Origin: Pseudomonadota bacterium
Lineage (GTDB): Bacteria > Bdellovibrionota_B > Oligoflexia > Silvanigrellales > Silvanigrellaceae
Assembly (NCBI GenBank): GCA_039799905.1
Contig: JBDLRP010000021.1
Span: forward strand, 160,001 to 224,000
Direction: 5' to 3'
Length of the DNA: 64,000 nt
The position numbers and the translations under genes are program-made. Numbering within the stretch: the first letter of the stretch is position 1; every line of letters begins with the position of its first letter. Below are positions 36,313-46,305 of the stretch, one piece after another. The notes beneath the pieces are model-generated. The model ran no database searches and was not told the DNA's origin. It was given only the letters and a program-made list of their open reading frames with translations.

Positions 36313-37551
36313 ATGTTTCGCGCGACAGACAGAAAAGAGTCTGAAGAGTTAATCGTTCGGCGCATTGCACGCAGGCTCGACCGTTACCTTAGTGAAATGG
36401 AACGAAGTCTGGCAAGCCGGCCACTGAGCGTTGCAGACGGCACGGCGGTTGTTTCTCTTGGACCAAATGAAAAAGCGGAGAATTCCTCGGACGCGCCGAC
36501 TGCGGAAAAAAACGGCCAGCTATCATCGGGGACAGGACCGATGATTTTGCCTGCGGAGCCTCTGAACGACCAGCAACAAAATTCCCCACACTTTGAGAGC
36601 TTCTCGCCACCCCATTCGTTGACTTCCGAACAAGGAGTCGATGGGGCACCATCAGCTCCGCCACCTGCGCCACCTGCGCCACCTGCGCCACCCGCACCAC
36701 CGGCTCAAGCTGCACAGGCAAAACCTCAACCGCCAGCGCCTCCGCCGGCACCACCAGCTCCGCCACCTGCGCCACCCGCACCACCAGCTCAAGCTGCGCA
36801 GGCAAAACCACAACCGCCGCCGCCACCGCCGGCACCACCAGCTCCGCCACCTGCGCCACCCGCGCCACCGGCTCAAGCTGCGCAGGCAAAACCGCAACCA
36901 CCAGCTCCGCCACCTGCGCCACCCGCGCCACCGGCTCAAGCTGTGCAGGCAAAACCGCAACCGCCAGCGCCACCCGCGCCACCGGCGCCACCGGCTCAAG
37001 CTGTGCAGGCTAATCCACAACCGCCAGCGCCACCGCCGGCACCACCAGCTCCGCCACCTGCGCCACCTGCTCAGGCTGCACCAGCATCACCAAGCCCACC
37101 GCCACCTGTGCCATCAGCACCTATGTCGGGTGTAAAAAAAACTGAATTGCCACCGCCGCAGTCGGTGCCGCCACTCTCTCAGGCAACTGACTCAAAGCAG
37201 CAACCTCCGCCCCAGCCGAAGCCTGATGCACTCGGCGAAGGGACTAAAAAAGAAGCCACCACTGACGCAAAATTAAAATCTGAGAAAACTGAGGCGGCAA
37301 AAGATAGCTCCAGTGCCAATGCAAATCTGGCAGCGGCATCACAAGCACCCAAGTCTGCAGCTCACAGTATGCATCACTTCGACGCGCCCCCCCCATCCGG
37401 CGCCCCCAAAGACCTTGAAGTCCTCCTTCACGGAAAGCCACAACAGCCTTTAATTTTTGGAATACAACGTAATTTTTTTCTTTGGTTTGTGTTGTTTGTC
37501 TTGCTGTTCGTGGTGGTCTACTTTTTTGTTGGCAGCGGTTACACCTACTGA
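36313..37551 (+). CDS. Proline/alanine-rich repeat protein with a single C-terminal TM anchor
   Basis: AAGGAG upstream of ATG 36313 (ORF track starts at 36292); no signal peptide; C-terminal FFLWFVLFVLLFVVVYFFV. Confidence 0.75.
   Translation: MFRATDRKESEELIVRRIARRLDRYLSEMERSLASRPLSVADGTAVVSLGPNEKAENSSDAPTAEKNGQLSSGTGPMILPAEPLNDQQQNSPHFESFSPPHSLTSEQGVDGAPSAPPPAPPAPPAPPAPPAQAAQAKPQPPAPPPAPPAPPPAPPAPPAQAAQAKPQPPPPPPAPPAPPPAPPAPPAQAAQAKPQPPAPPPAPPAPPAQAVQAKPQPPAPPAPPAPPAQAVQANPQPPAPPPAPPAPPPAPPAQAAPASPSPPPPVPSAPMSGVKKTELPPPQSVPPLSQATDSKQQPPPQPKPDALGEGTKKEATTDAKLKSEKTEAAKDSSSANANLAAASQAPKSAAHSMHHFDAPPPSGAPKDLEVLLHGKPQQPLIFGIQRNFFLWFVLFVLLFVVVYFFVGSGYTY
36645..37115 (+). repeat. Imperfect coding tandem repeat: AQA[A/V]QA[K/N]PQ plus (PPA/PPPA)n, five units and one partial
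   Basis: Units of 28, 28, 21, 20 and 25 aa read from the translation; recurring DNA GCTCAAGCTG and CCACCTGCGCCACC. Confidence 0.92.
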
Positions 37552-37691
37552 GCTCTAACGCTCAGTATTGCCAAAAAAACCTCCCCTCTTGTTTCGATTA
37601 ACCAATCAGAACAACAACTTTTTGCCTTCAGTTCTGCGCAGAGACTCCGATGCTGTCCTCTGGATGATGCTCTTTTTTATGGAGATCTCTC

Positions 37692-40511
37692 ATGGTGTCA
37701 GGACGCTCACGGATGAAGTCTGGACAGCAACCTAGTCTTCGCAGAACAGCACGGCAGAGCGATGTTAGCCGAAGAAAAAGGCTGGCACGTTACCGCAGGC
37801 ACACTGCGAGGCAGAGCTACAAAGCAACTTTGTTTGCGGAAGTAAACAAACTCATCTTTGTTCAGGATTTTGAGGCCGCAGGAAGACAGCTCGCGCAGCT
37901 TGCAAGTCTCTACTGGAACGACGCAGAAATTCATTTCCGCAGGGTCGAAGTCGCTTGCCGTACAGAATCTCTGCCCGACGTCGTTGAAGATTACCGGAGA
38001 CTGAGAGCCCTCAACCCCGAACATCAGATCATCGAGGCTGCGGCGCTGCTCAGCCAAATTCGCTACGAGGAACTGACCTCAGGCGAGGCGACCTTTGTCA
38101 AAGACACGATCGATGAACGGGAGTATGCACTGTTGGCGCAGCGCGATGTTGTTGCACTTGACTCCGGAAGTGAGACCTCAACTTCGAAAAGAGGTTCGCA
38201 GAACGACGAGGCAACGCGTCAGTTGCTTGCGCGCTGGGAGTCGAGCCGCTCGATGACGGGTGCAACTGCCTCGCGTGGTTGGCGTGTTGATCGTTCTCCA
38301 CTGGTTCCTGACGACGTCATGCCCAGCGAACTGCCAACACTTCCCGATGCATCAGCAGACAATGACCCCAACCATGCGCTGAGACGAATGTCCGAAGATG
38401 ACAGGTCAGAGCCAACACGCATCGGCGAACATCCACAGCACCCGCTACTTCACGCAGCCGTTCGCCTGCGTGACAACCAACCGAAGAGTTCTTGGGCATG
38501 GTTCGTTCTTGGCTGCGCCTTGGAGCTGACAGGTCATCTGCAGGAGGCTGTCGACGCGTGGACGCGCTCATACCAGCTCAATCCAGAGTCCCTCGCAGTT
38601 CTTGCCACCATGGCCGAGCTGCAACAGATTGGCGCGCTACCCGACAACAGTCCAGATTACGCAGAGCGCTTCGAAAAGCTCGACAAATATCTCGTGCACG
38701 GAACTTACGAAAGTCACATTCAACTTTACCGCCACTTCATCGAGAAACGCGAAAGCCATCATGCCATCGCTGCGCTGCGCACACTCGCAGACTGGATGCA
38801 GCGCCAGCGCGGAGAAGTTCCGCCGGAGATTGAAATTCTCTGCCTTCTCGGAGCAATGAATGCATACAAACTGGACGGAAACACCGCAGCTGCAGAAGCC
38901 TGCCGTCGCGAAGCTGAAAACATTGCGATAGCCTGCAAAAAAGCACCCAAAAGCCCTGCACAAATTGCCTTCATCGGTCAGATTGCGGAAGAATACGGAC
39001 TGCCGAACCTTGCGCGCTTGTGCTTTTACTCCGTGCTCATTGCCAAAGACACGCCTCTCGAGCTGGCAAGCAAAACAGCAGCTCACTGCGTGGCCCACTA
39101 TGCCTCGCTTTCACTGAAAGAATGTTTAAAAACAACCTATCTGAATCACTCAGGCAATCCTGAAATTAGGTTCTGCCAGCTGTTGTGTGAGCTGACTTTA
39201 TCCTCTGTTGCCATACGTCCGTACATGGAGCGCAAAAACAAAATCCGCGATGCATTGTCTAAAAACCATGCGGCGGTTGCGCTGCAGTTGATGCAAGAGG
39301 CTCTACAGGACACAAACGACGACGCGGAAATTCACTTCTACATGAGCGAGATGCTCTCTCGACTTGGAATAACCGACAGGGCAAAACATCACTTCTCGAT
39401 GATGTATGAACTCGACTCTTTGAACGTCGAGTCGGTTTTGAGGTACCTCAACTTCCTCATCAAGAACAAAGAGTTCTTTTCTGCCCAGGAAATTGCACGC
39501 AAGACGAACGAGATTCCCGCTTTGACAACCCAGCAGCGCAGCGAGTTGCATTGGGCACGCGCCAGCGCTCTGCTCGCAGTCGGCGAGGCGGAAGAGGCGA
39601 AGCAAGAGATCGATCGTTCACTCAAAAGTAATCCATGGAGCACGCAGTATCTGATAGTCGCTTTGCGACTGTCGGTTCCGGCAAACATCAAAAACAATGA
39701 TCCAAATTTCGGAGAATCCGCACTGGCGGTGCTGGAAAATCACATCACATCCACGCCTGCGGGCATGCTGAATGACGACCAGCTGACCATGTTGATCGAT
39801 CACGGCCGCAAGGCACTGCAGGCCGGACTCAGCGAATATGCATACACACTCGGAAAAATTCTCTTCATGATGAACGAGAAGAATGAGAATGTGATCGAGT
39901 TTTTCAGCAAGGTCGGAGCGAGTTATGAGCCGCGGCTGGCTGCGCAGCAGACACTTATGCTCCTGCAGACCAACACAAAGCAGTGGTCTTTTTCGCAACT
40001 CGCCGTTTGTATTGCGCGCATCTACAGCCAGGCTCTTGAATGGCCGCTGGTTGACGAATGGCTGGATATTGCTGTGAAGGCAGGAGTCGAAGACAAGCAG
40101 GTCCGATCAAAATTGTTTGAACTTGAAGCCTTGAAACTGGCACTCCACGGGACCAATTTCCGCAAGGCACAAAGCCTGCTTGAGGCTGCACTCGATATCT
40201 ACGACGGCCAGCAAAAGGTTCCGGCCGACACCGGAGTGCTGCACGGTTATCTGATACTTGCGCAGGGCAATATCAAGGCTGGCATCGAAAAGATGCAAAC
40301 CTGCATGGGTGAAAACAGCTCCATCCAGAGTTTGTACTTCCTAATCAAGGGCCTTGAGCGGGCCGGCAGACTGTCGGGCTCCGAATGCGACAATATTCTG
40401 AGACTGTATCATTTGGCGCCGACGAATTTACTGGAGCAAAAGCTTATTGAGGAAATCTACTGCACCGTTGGCTCATACAAAGTTGGCGTGCCGGTCAACC
40501 TTGCCTGCTGA
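37692..40511 (+). CDS. Large TPR-repeat protein
   Basis: Repeated TPR patterns (AWFVLGCALE...AVDAWTRSYQLNP; DAEIHFYMSEML); Arg-rich N-terminus; no TM. Start may be 37713. Confidence 0.75.
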   Translation: MVSGRSRMKSGQQPSLRRTARQSDVSRRKRLARYRRHTARQSYKATLFAEVNKLIFVQDFEAAGRQLAQLASLYWNDAEIHFRRVEVACRTESLPDVVEDYRRLRALNPEHQIIEAAALLSQIRYEELTSGEATFVKDTIDEREYALLAQRDVVALDSGSETSTSKRGSQNDEATRQLLARWESSRSMTGATASRGWRVDRSPLVPDDVMPSELPTLPDASADNDPNHALRRMSEDDRSEPTRIGEHPQHPLLHAAVRLRDNQPKSSWAWFVLGCALELTGHLQEAVDAWTRSYQLNPESLAVLATMAELQQIGALPDNSPDYAERFEKLDKYLVHGTYESHIQLYRHFIEKRESHHAIAALRTLADWMQRQRGEVPPEIEILCLLGAMNAYKLDGNTAAAEACRREAENIAIACKKAPKSPAQIAFIGQIAEEYGLPNLARLCFYSVLIAKDTPLELASKTAAHCVAHYASLSLKECLKTTYLNHSGNPEIRFCQLLCELTLSSVAIRPYMERKNKIRDALSKNHAAVALQLMQEALQDTNDDAEIHFYMSEMLSRLGITDRAKHHFSMMYELDSLNVESVLRYLNFLIKNKEFFSAQEIARKTNEIPALTTQQRSELHWARASALLAVGEAEEAKQEIDRSLKSNPWSTQYLIVALRLSVPANIKNNDPNFGESALAVLENHITSTPAGMLNDDQLTMLIDHGRKALQAGLSEYAYTLGKILFMMNEKNENVIEFFSKVGASYEPRLAAQQTLMLLQTNTKQWSFSQLAVCIARIYSQALEWPLVDEWLDIAVKAGVEDKQVRSKLFELEALKLALHGTNFRKAQSLLEAALDIYDGQQKVPADTGVLHGYLILAQGNIKAGIEKMQTCMGENSSIQSLYFLIKGLERAGRLSGSECDNILRLYHLAPTNLLEQKLIEEIYCTVGSYKVGVPVNLAC

Positions 40512-40590
40512 GCGTCATTGCACCGCGGTGAGCATGGTCATAGACCTATTTTTATGAGATGCTCGCCGCTCTGGTGAAGGACGTTTCGTC

Positions 40591-41373
40591 ATGGCTTTGC
40601 GCAAGGGACAATCCGAACGAAAAAAGGCGATGCAAAACATCGCGCAACTTAAAACTATCCGCAGCAGGGTGAGTCTCGCACCTGAATGGTGGAATGGCAA
40701 AACGCACGTTCTGATTGACATGGACGGAACTCTGATAGGTCAACCTGGAGCACTCTTCCATAACCTTTTTGCAATTTTTGCGCTGCTTCGGCTGAAAGGT
40801 CTCGGCTCATACACCGAACTTTACCGCGCGGTGAACAAAACGATCCGCACTGTTTTGTCCCCCCATCCATATGCGAACAACGAAGATGCGTTTTTCGAGA
40901 CCCTGGCACGCGAATTGAATGTGACCCGACAGAAGCTCGAACGATTTGCCGGCCGGTTTTTTGATTCTGATTATCCTTTCATCTGCCTCATTCTTCACTC
41001 CGAGCCACATGCGCGCCGTCTGCTCGATCTTCTGCACGCAACTGGAAGACACGTGACACTTGCAACAAACGCCATCTTTGGCAGACGCGAAATTGAATTG
41101 CGCCTCAAAGCCTCGGACCTGTACCTACATGATTTTGATTTGGTCACATCATGGGATGTGATGAAATCAACCAAGCCTCATTCAGCCTTTTTCGAGGAAA
41201 CACTGAAGAAAATCGGCGGCACTCCCGAATCCACGGTGATGATCGGCAACGACCCTTTTTACGACCTTCCTGCCTATCAGCTTGGCATCGAAACGCTTCT
41301 TGTCGGGCAACGGCTATCGATTGGTGACATTGCTGACTCGCTTGAAGCAAGCCTGAAGAGTTCCAACACCTGA
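40591..41373 (+). CDS. HAD-superfamily hydrolase
   Basis: Motif I DMDGT, LATN, KPH, MIGND...D. Confidence 0.85.
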   Translation: MALRKGQSERKKAMQNIAQLKTIRSRVSLAPEWWNGKTHVLIDMDGTLIGQPGALFHNLFAIFALLRLKGLGSYTELYRAVNKTIRTVLSPHPYANNEDAFFETLARELNVTRQKLERFAGRFFDSDYPFICLILHSEPHARRLLDLLHATGRHVTLATNAIFGRREIELRLKASDLYLHDFDLVTSWDVMKSTKPHSAFFEETLKKIGGTPESTVMIGNDPFYDLPAYQLGIETLLVGQRLSIGDIADSLEASLKSSNT

Positions 41374-41379
41374 ATTGGA

Positions 41380-41970
41380 TCAGGACTTGACTCGTCCGCG
41401 AAGGTAGGGCTCTGCAACAAGGATTGCGAGCGCAGCCAGTGCGTGCTGTATTTGTCCCGAACGCGCCATCATGATTGCCTCCTCGATTGGCACTGTGCGG
41501 ATGCGTATCACTTCGAACGGGTCGTGGTGATCCCGCTTCACAACGAGCGGCTGACAATCAAATGCAATGAAATAGGTGATGCGATTGCCTTGAATAGCTG
41601 GGTTGGGTGCATATCCTGGCAGCGACAAAACACGCTGGCTTGTCAGGCCGGTCTCTTCTTCGAGTTCACGCAGAGCAGCCATGGTCAGATCTTTTTCGTC
41701 TGGGTCAACTGCACCACCTGGCGTTTCGAGCGTGATGGAATCGGTGCCGAACCTGTGCTGCTCGATGAGCACAATGTGGCCGTCGGCAGTGACAGGCACC
41801 ACGTTCACCCATTGCGAGCAGCGGATTGTATACATCGATCTGCGGTGCACCCCGTCAAGACTGGTAGCCTCGCGTGATTCAATCTTGAAGATCGGGCAAC
41901 TGTAGGCTTCCCGGGGCTCGCTCAACGGAAATTTGCGCAACTCTAAAGAATCATGGCCGTCTGTTGACAT
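41380..41970 (-). CDS. NUDIX hydrolase (ADP-ribose pyrophosphatase-like)
   Basis: WVNVVP, EQHRFG, ETPGG...[15 protein letters not shown]. Confidence 0.88.
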   Translation of the reverse strand: MSTDGHDSLELRKFPLSEPREAYSCPIFKIESREATSLDGVHRRSMYTIRCSQWVNVVPVTADGHIVLIEQHRFGTDSITLETPGGAVDPDEKDLTMAALRELEEETGLTSQRVLSLPGYAPNPAIQGNRITYFIAFDCQPLVVKRDHHDPFEVIRIRTVPIEEAIMMARSGQIQHALAALAILVAEPYLRGRVKS

Positions 41971-42067
41971 TTTTTTTTCCTCTGCTCTTGAGCCGATTTT
42001 GCCAGTCCGTCGAAGACAATGCTATGTAGGGCCGTCAGTTAGAAACATGCTCACAACGGAGGCCCAA

Positions 42068-43105
42068 ATGGCTCTGATTTCCCTGCGCCAGCTTCTCGAT
42101 CACGCAGCTGAAAATACATACGGAATTGCAGCATTCAACGTCAACAATCTCGAGCAGATTCAGGCGATCATGGAAGCCGCAAAAGAGACCAACAGTCCGG
42201 TCATCATCCAAGCCAGCCGCGGTGCACGCTCCTACACCAACGACGTGTTTTTAAGACACCTGATGTTCGCCGCGGTCGAACTGTATCCCGAGATTCCGGT
42301 CTGTGTTCATCAGGACCATGGAAATTCCTTGACCACCTGTCTTTCGGCCATCCGCAACGGCTTTACCAGCGTCATGATGGACGGCTCTCTGATGGAGGAC
42401 GGCAAGTCTCCCGCCAACTACGACTACAACGTTAAGATCACTCGCGATGTTGTCCGCTGTGCACATGCCATGGGCGTGAGCGTCGAAGGCGAGCTGGGAT
42501 GTCTTGGCTCGCTCGAAACAGGCATGGGCGAAAAGGAAGACGGCCATGGCTTCGAAGGCACACTCTCACACGACCAGCTGCTCACCGATCCCGATGAAGC
42601 TGCCCGCTTTGTTGAGGAAACAAAAGTTGACGCACTGGCAATTGCCATCGGTACAAGCCACGGCGCATACAAATTCACCCGTAAACCCGACGGTGGAATT
42701 CTCAACATCGAACGCATCAAAGCCATCCACAAAAAATGCCCCAACACGCACCTTGTGATGCACGGTTCGAGTTCTGTCCCTCAGGATTTGCAGGAAGAAT
42801 TCCGCAAGTTCGGCGGAGAAATGAAGGCGACCTGGGGCGTTCCAGTTTCTGAAATTCAAGAAGGCATCCGCAACGGCGTCCGTAAAATCAACGTCGATAC
42901 CGACAATCGCCTTGCGATGACCGTCGCAATTCGCAAAGTTTTCAAGGAAAATCCCAGCGAATTCGACTTGCGCAAGTACATGGCACCCGCGCGCGCGGCG
43001 ATGCAGAAAATTGTTGCCGAAAGAATGGTCCAATTCGGTCAGGCGGGTCAGGCGAGCAAGATTAAGCCCATGGGCTTGGACGTTATGGCCAAGAAGTATC
43101 TTTGA
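42068..43105 (+). CDS. fba: Fructose-bisphosphate aldolase class II
   Basis: [52 protein letters not shown] at 42068 after GGAGG. Confidence 0.96.
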   Translation: MALISLRQLLDHAAENTYGIAAFNVNNLEQIQAIMEAAKETNSPVIIQASRGARSYTNDVFLRHLMFAAVELYPEIPVCVHQDHGNSLTTCLSAIRNGFTSVMMDGSLMEDGKSPANYDYNVKITRDVVRCAHAMGVSVEGELGCLGSLETGMGEKEDGHGFEGTLSHDQLLTDPDEAARFVEETKVDALAIAIGTSHGAYKFTRKPDGGILNIERIKAIHKKCPNTHLVMHGSSSVPQDLQEEFRKFGGEMKATWGVPVSEIQEGIRNGVRKINVDTDNRLAMTVAIRKVFKENPSEFDLRKYMAPARAAMQKIVAERMVQFGQAGQASKIKPMGLDVMAKKYL

Positions 43106-43958
43106 GCTCCGGCCTGAGAGAGTTCAGGGTATTTAGCAGAAAATCTACGACATGCGCTGGTCCTGCAACGATATGTTTATCGTTCAGGACGTCGAATACT
43201 TGCCCTTCGTAATTGGTTGTCTTGCCGCCCGCCTCACGGACCAGCAAATCACCCGCGGCCATATCCCACGGCGACAAGCGCGATTCAAAAAATCCATTGA
43301 AGATGCCGCGTGCGGTCAGCGCCAAGTCGAGCGCCGCGGCGCCGTTAATGCGCGTTCCGAGAATCTGATTTTGCAAGGTTTCAATGCAGCGGATGACCCC
43401 ATGCAAACTGCTCCCCTTGTTGGAACTGAAGCCCGTCACAATACTCCAACGGCGCACCTCGCTCCCTGCATTCACATTCATGGGCTGCTCGTTGACGAAG
43501 GCACCCCCACCACGAGAAGCGGTGTAAAGGTCGGCCAATGCCGGCTGATAGATTGCAGCTCTTTCGCAGACAAACTTGCCGCCGTTGATGCGTCCGCAGG
43601 CCACTGAAATACAATGAAAAACGTTGCCCTTTGAAAAATTGGTCGTGCCGTCGATCGGGTCGAGAATCCATACGACGTCTCCCTCACGGGGACCTTCCGA
43701 CGAACCTCCGTTGGACCAGCCGGACTCCTCGCCCAGAACACGGTGTTCCGGAAAAAGCTTACTGATTTCAGCTTTGAGATATGTTTCGGAGGCCAAGTCA
43801 GCCTCGGTGACAAGACCTAAATCGCCTTCTTTCTCATCAATTTTGATCTGCCGGCGAAAGAAGGTCTGAGTCAATTCGCCGGCTGCGCGCGCAAGACTGC
43901 CGATAGTTTCGCGGCTGGGAAGTTGGAGGGGCGATGGGGTGCCGGGCAAGCCTGTCAT
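43083..43958 (-). CDS. suhB: Inositol monophosphatase family protein
   Basis: [38 protein letters not shown] at 43958 after AGGAG. Confidence 0.88.
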   Translation of the reverse strand: MTGLPGTPSPLQLPSRETIGSLARAAGELTQTFFRRQIKIDEKEGDLGLVTEADLASETYLKAEISKLFPEHRVLGEESGWSNGGSSEGPREGDVVWILDPIDGTTNFSKGNVFHCISVACGRINGGKFVCERAAIYQPALADLYTASRGGGAFVNEQPMNVNAGSEVRRWSIVTGFSSNKGSSLHGVIRCIETLQNQILGTRINGAAALDLALTARGIFNGFFESRLSPWDMAAGDLLVREAGGKTTNYEGQVFDVLNDKHIVAGPAHVVDFLLNTLNSLRPELKDTSWP

Positions 43959-44061
43959 GTCGTATTTCTCCTGTCTCATGCCTTCAAATAACGCGCCTTT
44001 CCATGATAGGGTCGAGCAGGTCACAAGGTCCAGTGTCCTTGTCCACTTTGAAAGGTCCCTC

Positions 44062-45648
44062 ATGGAAACGTCGACCCTCCTCACAACGGCAACCGTCAGT
44101 GTCATTAGTGCCGTCGTCGGAGCAGTACTCGCCCGCAAGTTTGTCATCAGAACCCAAAGCGCCGTCGCAGGTTTGGGAGAATCAGCAGAGCAAGTTGTTC
44201 GCAACGCAAAACAAAGACGCGACGCCATTCTTGAAGAGGCGCTCAAGGCGGCCCGCGAGGAATTGGCCGCTGAAGCGGAAAGACTCGAAGAAGACCGAGC
44301 AGTCGTCCGCGGATTTCAAGATGAGTTTGAACGCGAGCTCAACCAGCGGCAGAGCAAAATCGACCGCAAGTGGAACGACCTGCAAACTCAGGAAAGTCAA
44401 CTAACGACAAGGTTGCAAAAAAGCCACGAGCGGCCGCCTGAGCTCGATCAGATTCAAGAACAGAAAACGCAGTTAGAAACCTCGTTGGTGGAGTCGTTGA
44501 TTGTAAAAACGAATGCGCGACGCGATGAACTCAGCGCCACGATTCACGACGAAGTTCTCAACGCCGAAAAGCTGGGAATCTCAAAGTGGATGCTCGAAAA
44601 TCAGGAACGCCTCAAAAATGAAGCTCAGCGCGGAGCGCGCGATGTGCTGCTCAACATTTACAACCGCTATAGCCCTCGCTTCATCTGGCCGAAAACGAGT
44701 TTCAACGTCGAGGCCCCCTCAAAAGATGTCGTCGCTCGTCATTTTGCTGAAGGCTCTCCACTGGTGGCACTATTGCTTGAAGGAACCGACACGGCGCTCG
44801 ATGCTGTGATTGATCCTCAGTCCAGCGAACCGCCCACGCTGAAAATTTCCAGCGGCGCGGGAGTCGACAAAGAGATCATCCGTCTCACGCTTGAGGAGAT
44901 GTTTGGACGCAACCAATACAATCCGGATCGCGTCAAACAGATTCTACAAAAGCACCGGCAAAACCTCGACCGGACGACGCTCCGCATGGGGCAGGAGGCG
45001 ATCAAAATCCTTGGGCTCGACAGCATGCATCCGGAAATTCTCAAGCTCATTGGAGCTCTGAACTACCGCACCAGCCACCGACAAAACCAATACTTTCATT
45101 CGCTGGAAGTGGCTCGGCTGGCTGGCATGCTCGCAGACGAGGTCGGGGTCGATCCAAAGCTTGCCAAACGGGCAGGAATTCTTCACGACATCGGCAAAGT
45201 GCTCGACTATAAAATTGAAGGTAGCCACGCAGTGATCAGCGGCGACTACGCCACTCGCTTCGGAGAGGCTGAGAATGTCGTCGATACGGTTCTTTCTCAT
45301 CATGACGACAAAATTGTGGAAACTCCGCACGCATATATTCTCAAGGCGGCCGATGCCATGTCGGGTGCACGCCCCGGAGCGCGTGTCGACATGGAAGAAG
45401 GATTTCAGAAGCGCATTGAGGGCATTGCAGAGGTCATCAACAGCTTCCAAGGTCAGGGCGTGACGGGCTCCGCCATTATGCACGCGGGTCGCGAGGTTCA
45501 CGTTTTTGTTGATAACCGCAGGATCAAAGAAAAAGACATCGATCCGCTCGCACAGAATATTTGCCGCAAACTTGAATCGGACGTTCAGTTTCCCGGACAA
45601 ATCAAAGTTACGGTTGTGCGGCGGATCGAGATTTCGGAAGTGGCCTGA
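44062..45648 (+). CDS. rny: Ribonuclease Y-like protein (TM, coiled coil, degenerate KH, HD domain)
   Basis: N-terminal TM, coiled coil, YRTS..QN...HSLEV, LHDIGK, AADAMSGARPGAR, AGREV, FPGQIKVTVVR. Confidence 0.85.
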   Translation: METSTLLTTATVSVISAVVGAVLARKFVIRTQSAVAGLGESAEQVVRNAKQRRDAILEEALKAAREELAAEAERLEEDRAVVRGFQDEFERELNQRQSKIDRKWNDLQTQESQLTTRLQKSHERPPELDQIQEQKTQLETSLVESLIVKTNARRDELSATIHDEVLNAEKLGISKWMLENQERLKNEAQRGARDVLLNIYNRYSPRFIWPKTSFNVEAPSKDVVARHFAEGSPLVALLLEGTDTALDAVIDPQSSEPPTLKISSGAGVDKEIIRLTLEEMFGRNQYNPDRVKQILQKHRQNLDRTTLRMGQEAIKILGLDSMHPEILKLIGALNYRTSHRQNQYFHSLEVARLAGMLADEVGVDPKLAKRAGILHDIGKVLDYKIEGSHAVISGDYATRFGEAENVVDTVLSHHDDKIVETPHAYILKAADAMSGARPGARVDMEEGFQKRIEGIAEVINSFQGQGVTGSAIMHAGREVHVFVDNRRIKEKDIDPLAQNICRKLESDVQFPGQIKVTVVRRIEISEVA

Positions 45649-45654
45649 GGCCGA

Positions 45655-46290
45655 TTACAGAGAAATTCCAAAGACAGCGCGCACAGCAGAGTAGCTGTAC
45701 TTCATTTCGCCGTGTTTCTCGTAGGTCATGGCGCCGTTGCCCAAGCTGTACTCAACACCGAGTCGTGTGAGCGGAAATGGAGTGATGAGCGCGCGCAGAG
45801 TGGCACCAACCTCGGACCCCTTACTCGCCTTGCCTGTCTCGGCTGCAGCCAGTCCCTTGGTCACTTCCTTGCTGCCACCCATTGGGAAAACATAGTTCAA
45901 TCCGCCCTGCAGCGTGACAATCGGAATCAAGCCGACATGCACACCGGCCTCGAGTCCGGCGTTGTTGCTCTTGACGATCTCTTTGTTCTTGACGGACGCG
46001 CTGTCGTATTCACGGACAGAAGTGCCGACGTGCAGTTCAGGCCCCGCATAAATGGTGACACCCGGAATCGGACCGAAGACGTCAAAATGCGCTGCCAGTT
46101 TTCCTTGAACACCAACAAGCTCTTTGCTCGAAAGAGTTGAACCTGCATCAGGAGTCTGACTCGTCAGACCGCCGGCAGCAAAGACGCGCACCAGATCCGC
46201 AGAAGCGGATGCAGATGACAACAACTGCACAAGACCCACGGCGCCCAGACCAACAAATTTCAACAGCGGACTCGGACGTGCATTCAACAT
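45655..46290 (-). CDS. Small outer-membrane beta-barrel protein
   Basis: Signal peptide ending ASASA; about 8 amphipathic strands; C-terminal VRAVFGISL. Confidence 0.65.
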   Translation of the reverse strand: MLNARPSPLLKFVGLGAVGLVQLLSSASASADLVRVFAAGGLTSQTPDAGSTLSSKELVGVQGKLAAHFDVFGPIPGVTIYAGPELHVGTSVREYDSASVKNKEIVKSNNAGLEAGVHVGLIPIVTLQGGLNYVFPMGGSKEVTKGLAAAETGKASKGSEVGATLRALITPFPLTRLGVEYSLGNGAMTYEKHGEMKYSYSAVRAVFGISL

Positions 46291-46305
46291 AGACGGTTCT
46301 CCTTA

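Noticed and set aside
36645..37115. Repeat array as a possible CRISPR
   Set aside because: No unique spacers, units keep reading frame, and no cas genes are present.
36389..37135. His/Arg-, Trp/Arg- and Val/Ala-rich ORFs in other frames of the repeat
   Set aside because: By-products of the Pro-codon repeat; only the Pro frame has an SD, unique flanks and a TM anchor.
43939..44246. Apparent head-to-head overlap of suhB and rny in the ORF track
   Set aside because: Artefact of longest-ORF starts; the likely starts (43958 and 44062) leave a ~100-nt divergent gap.
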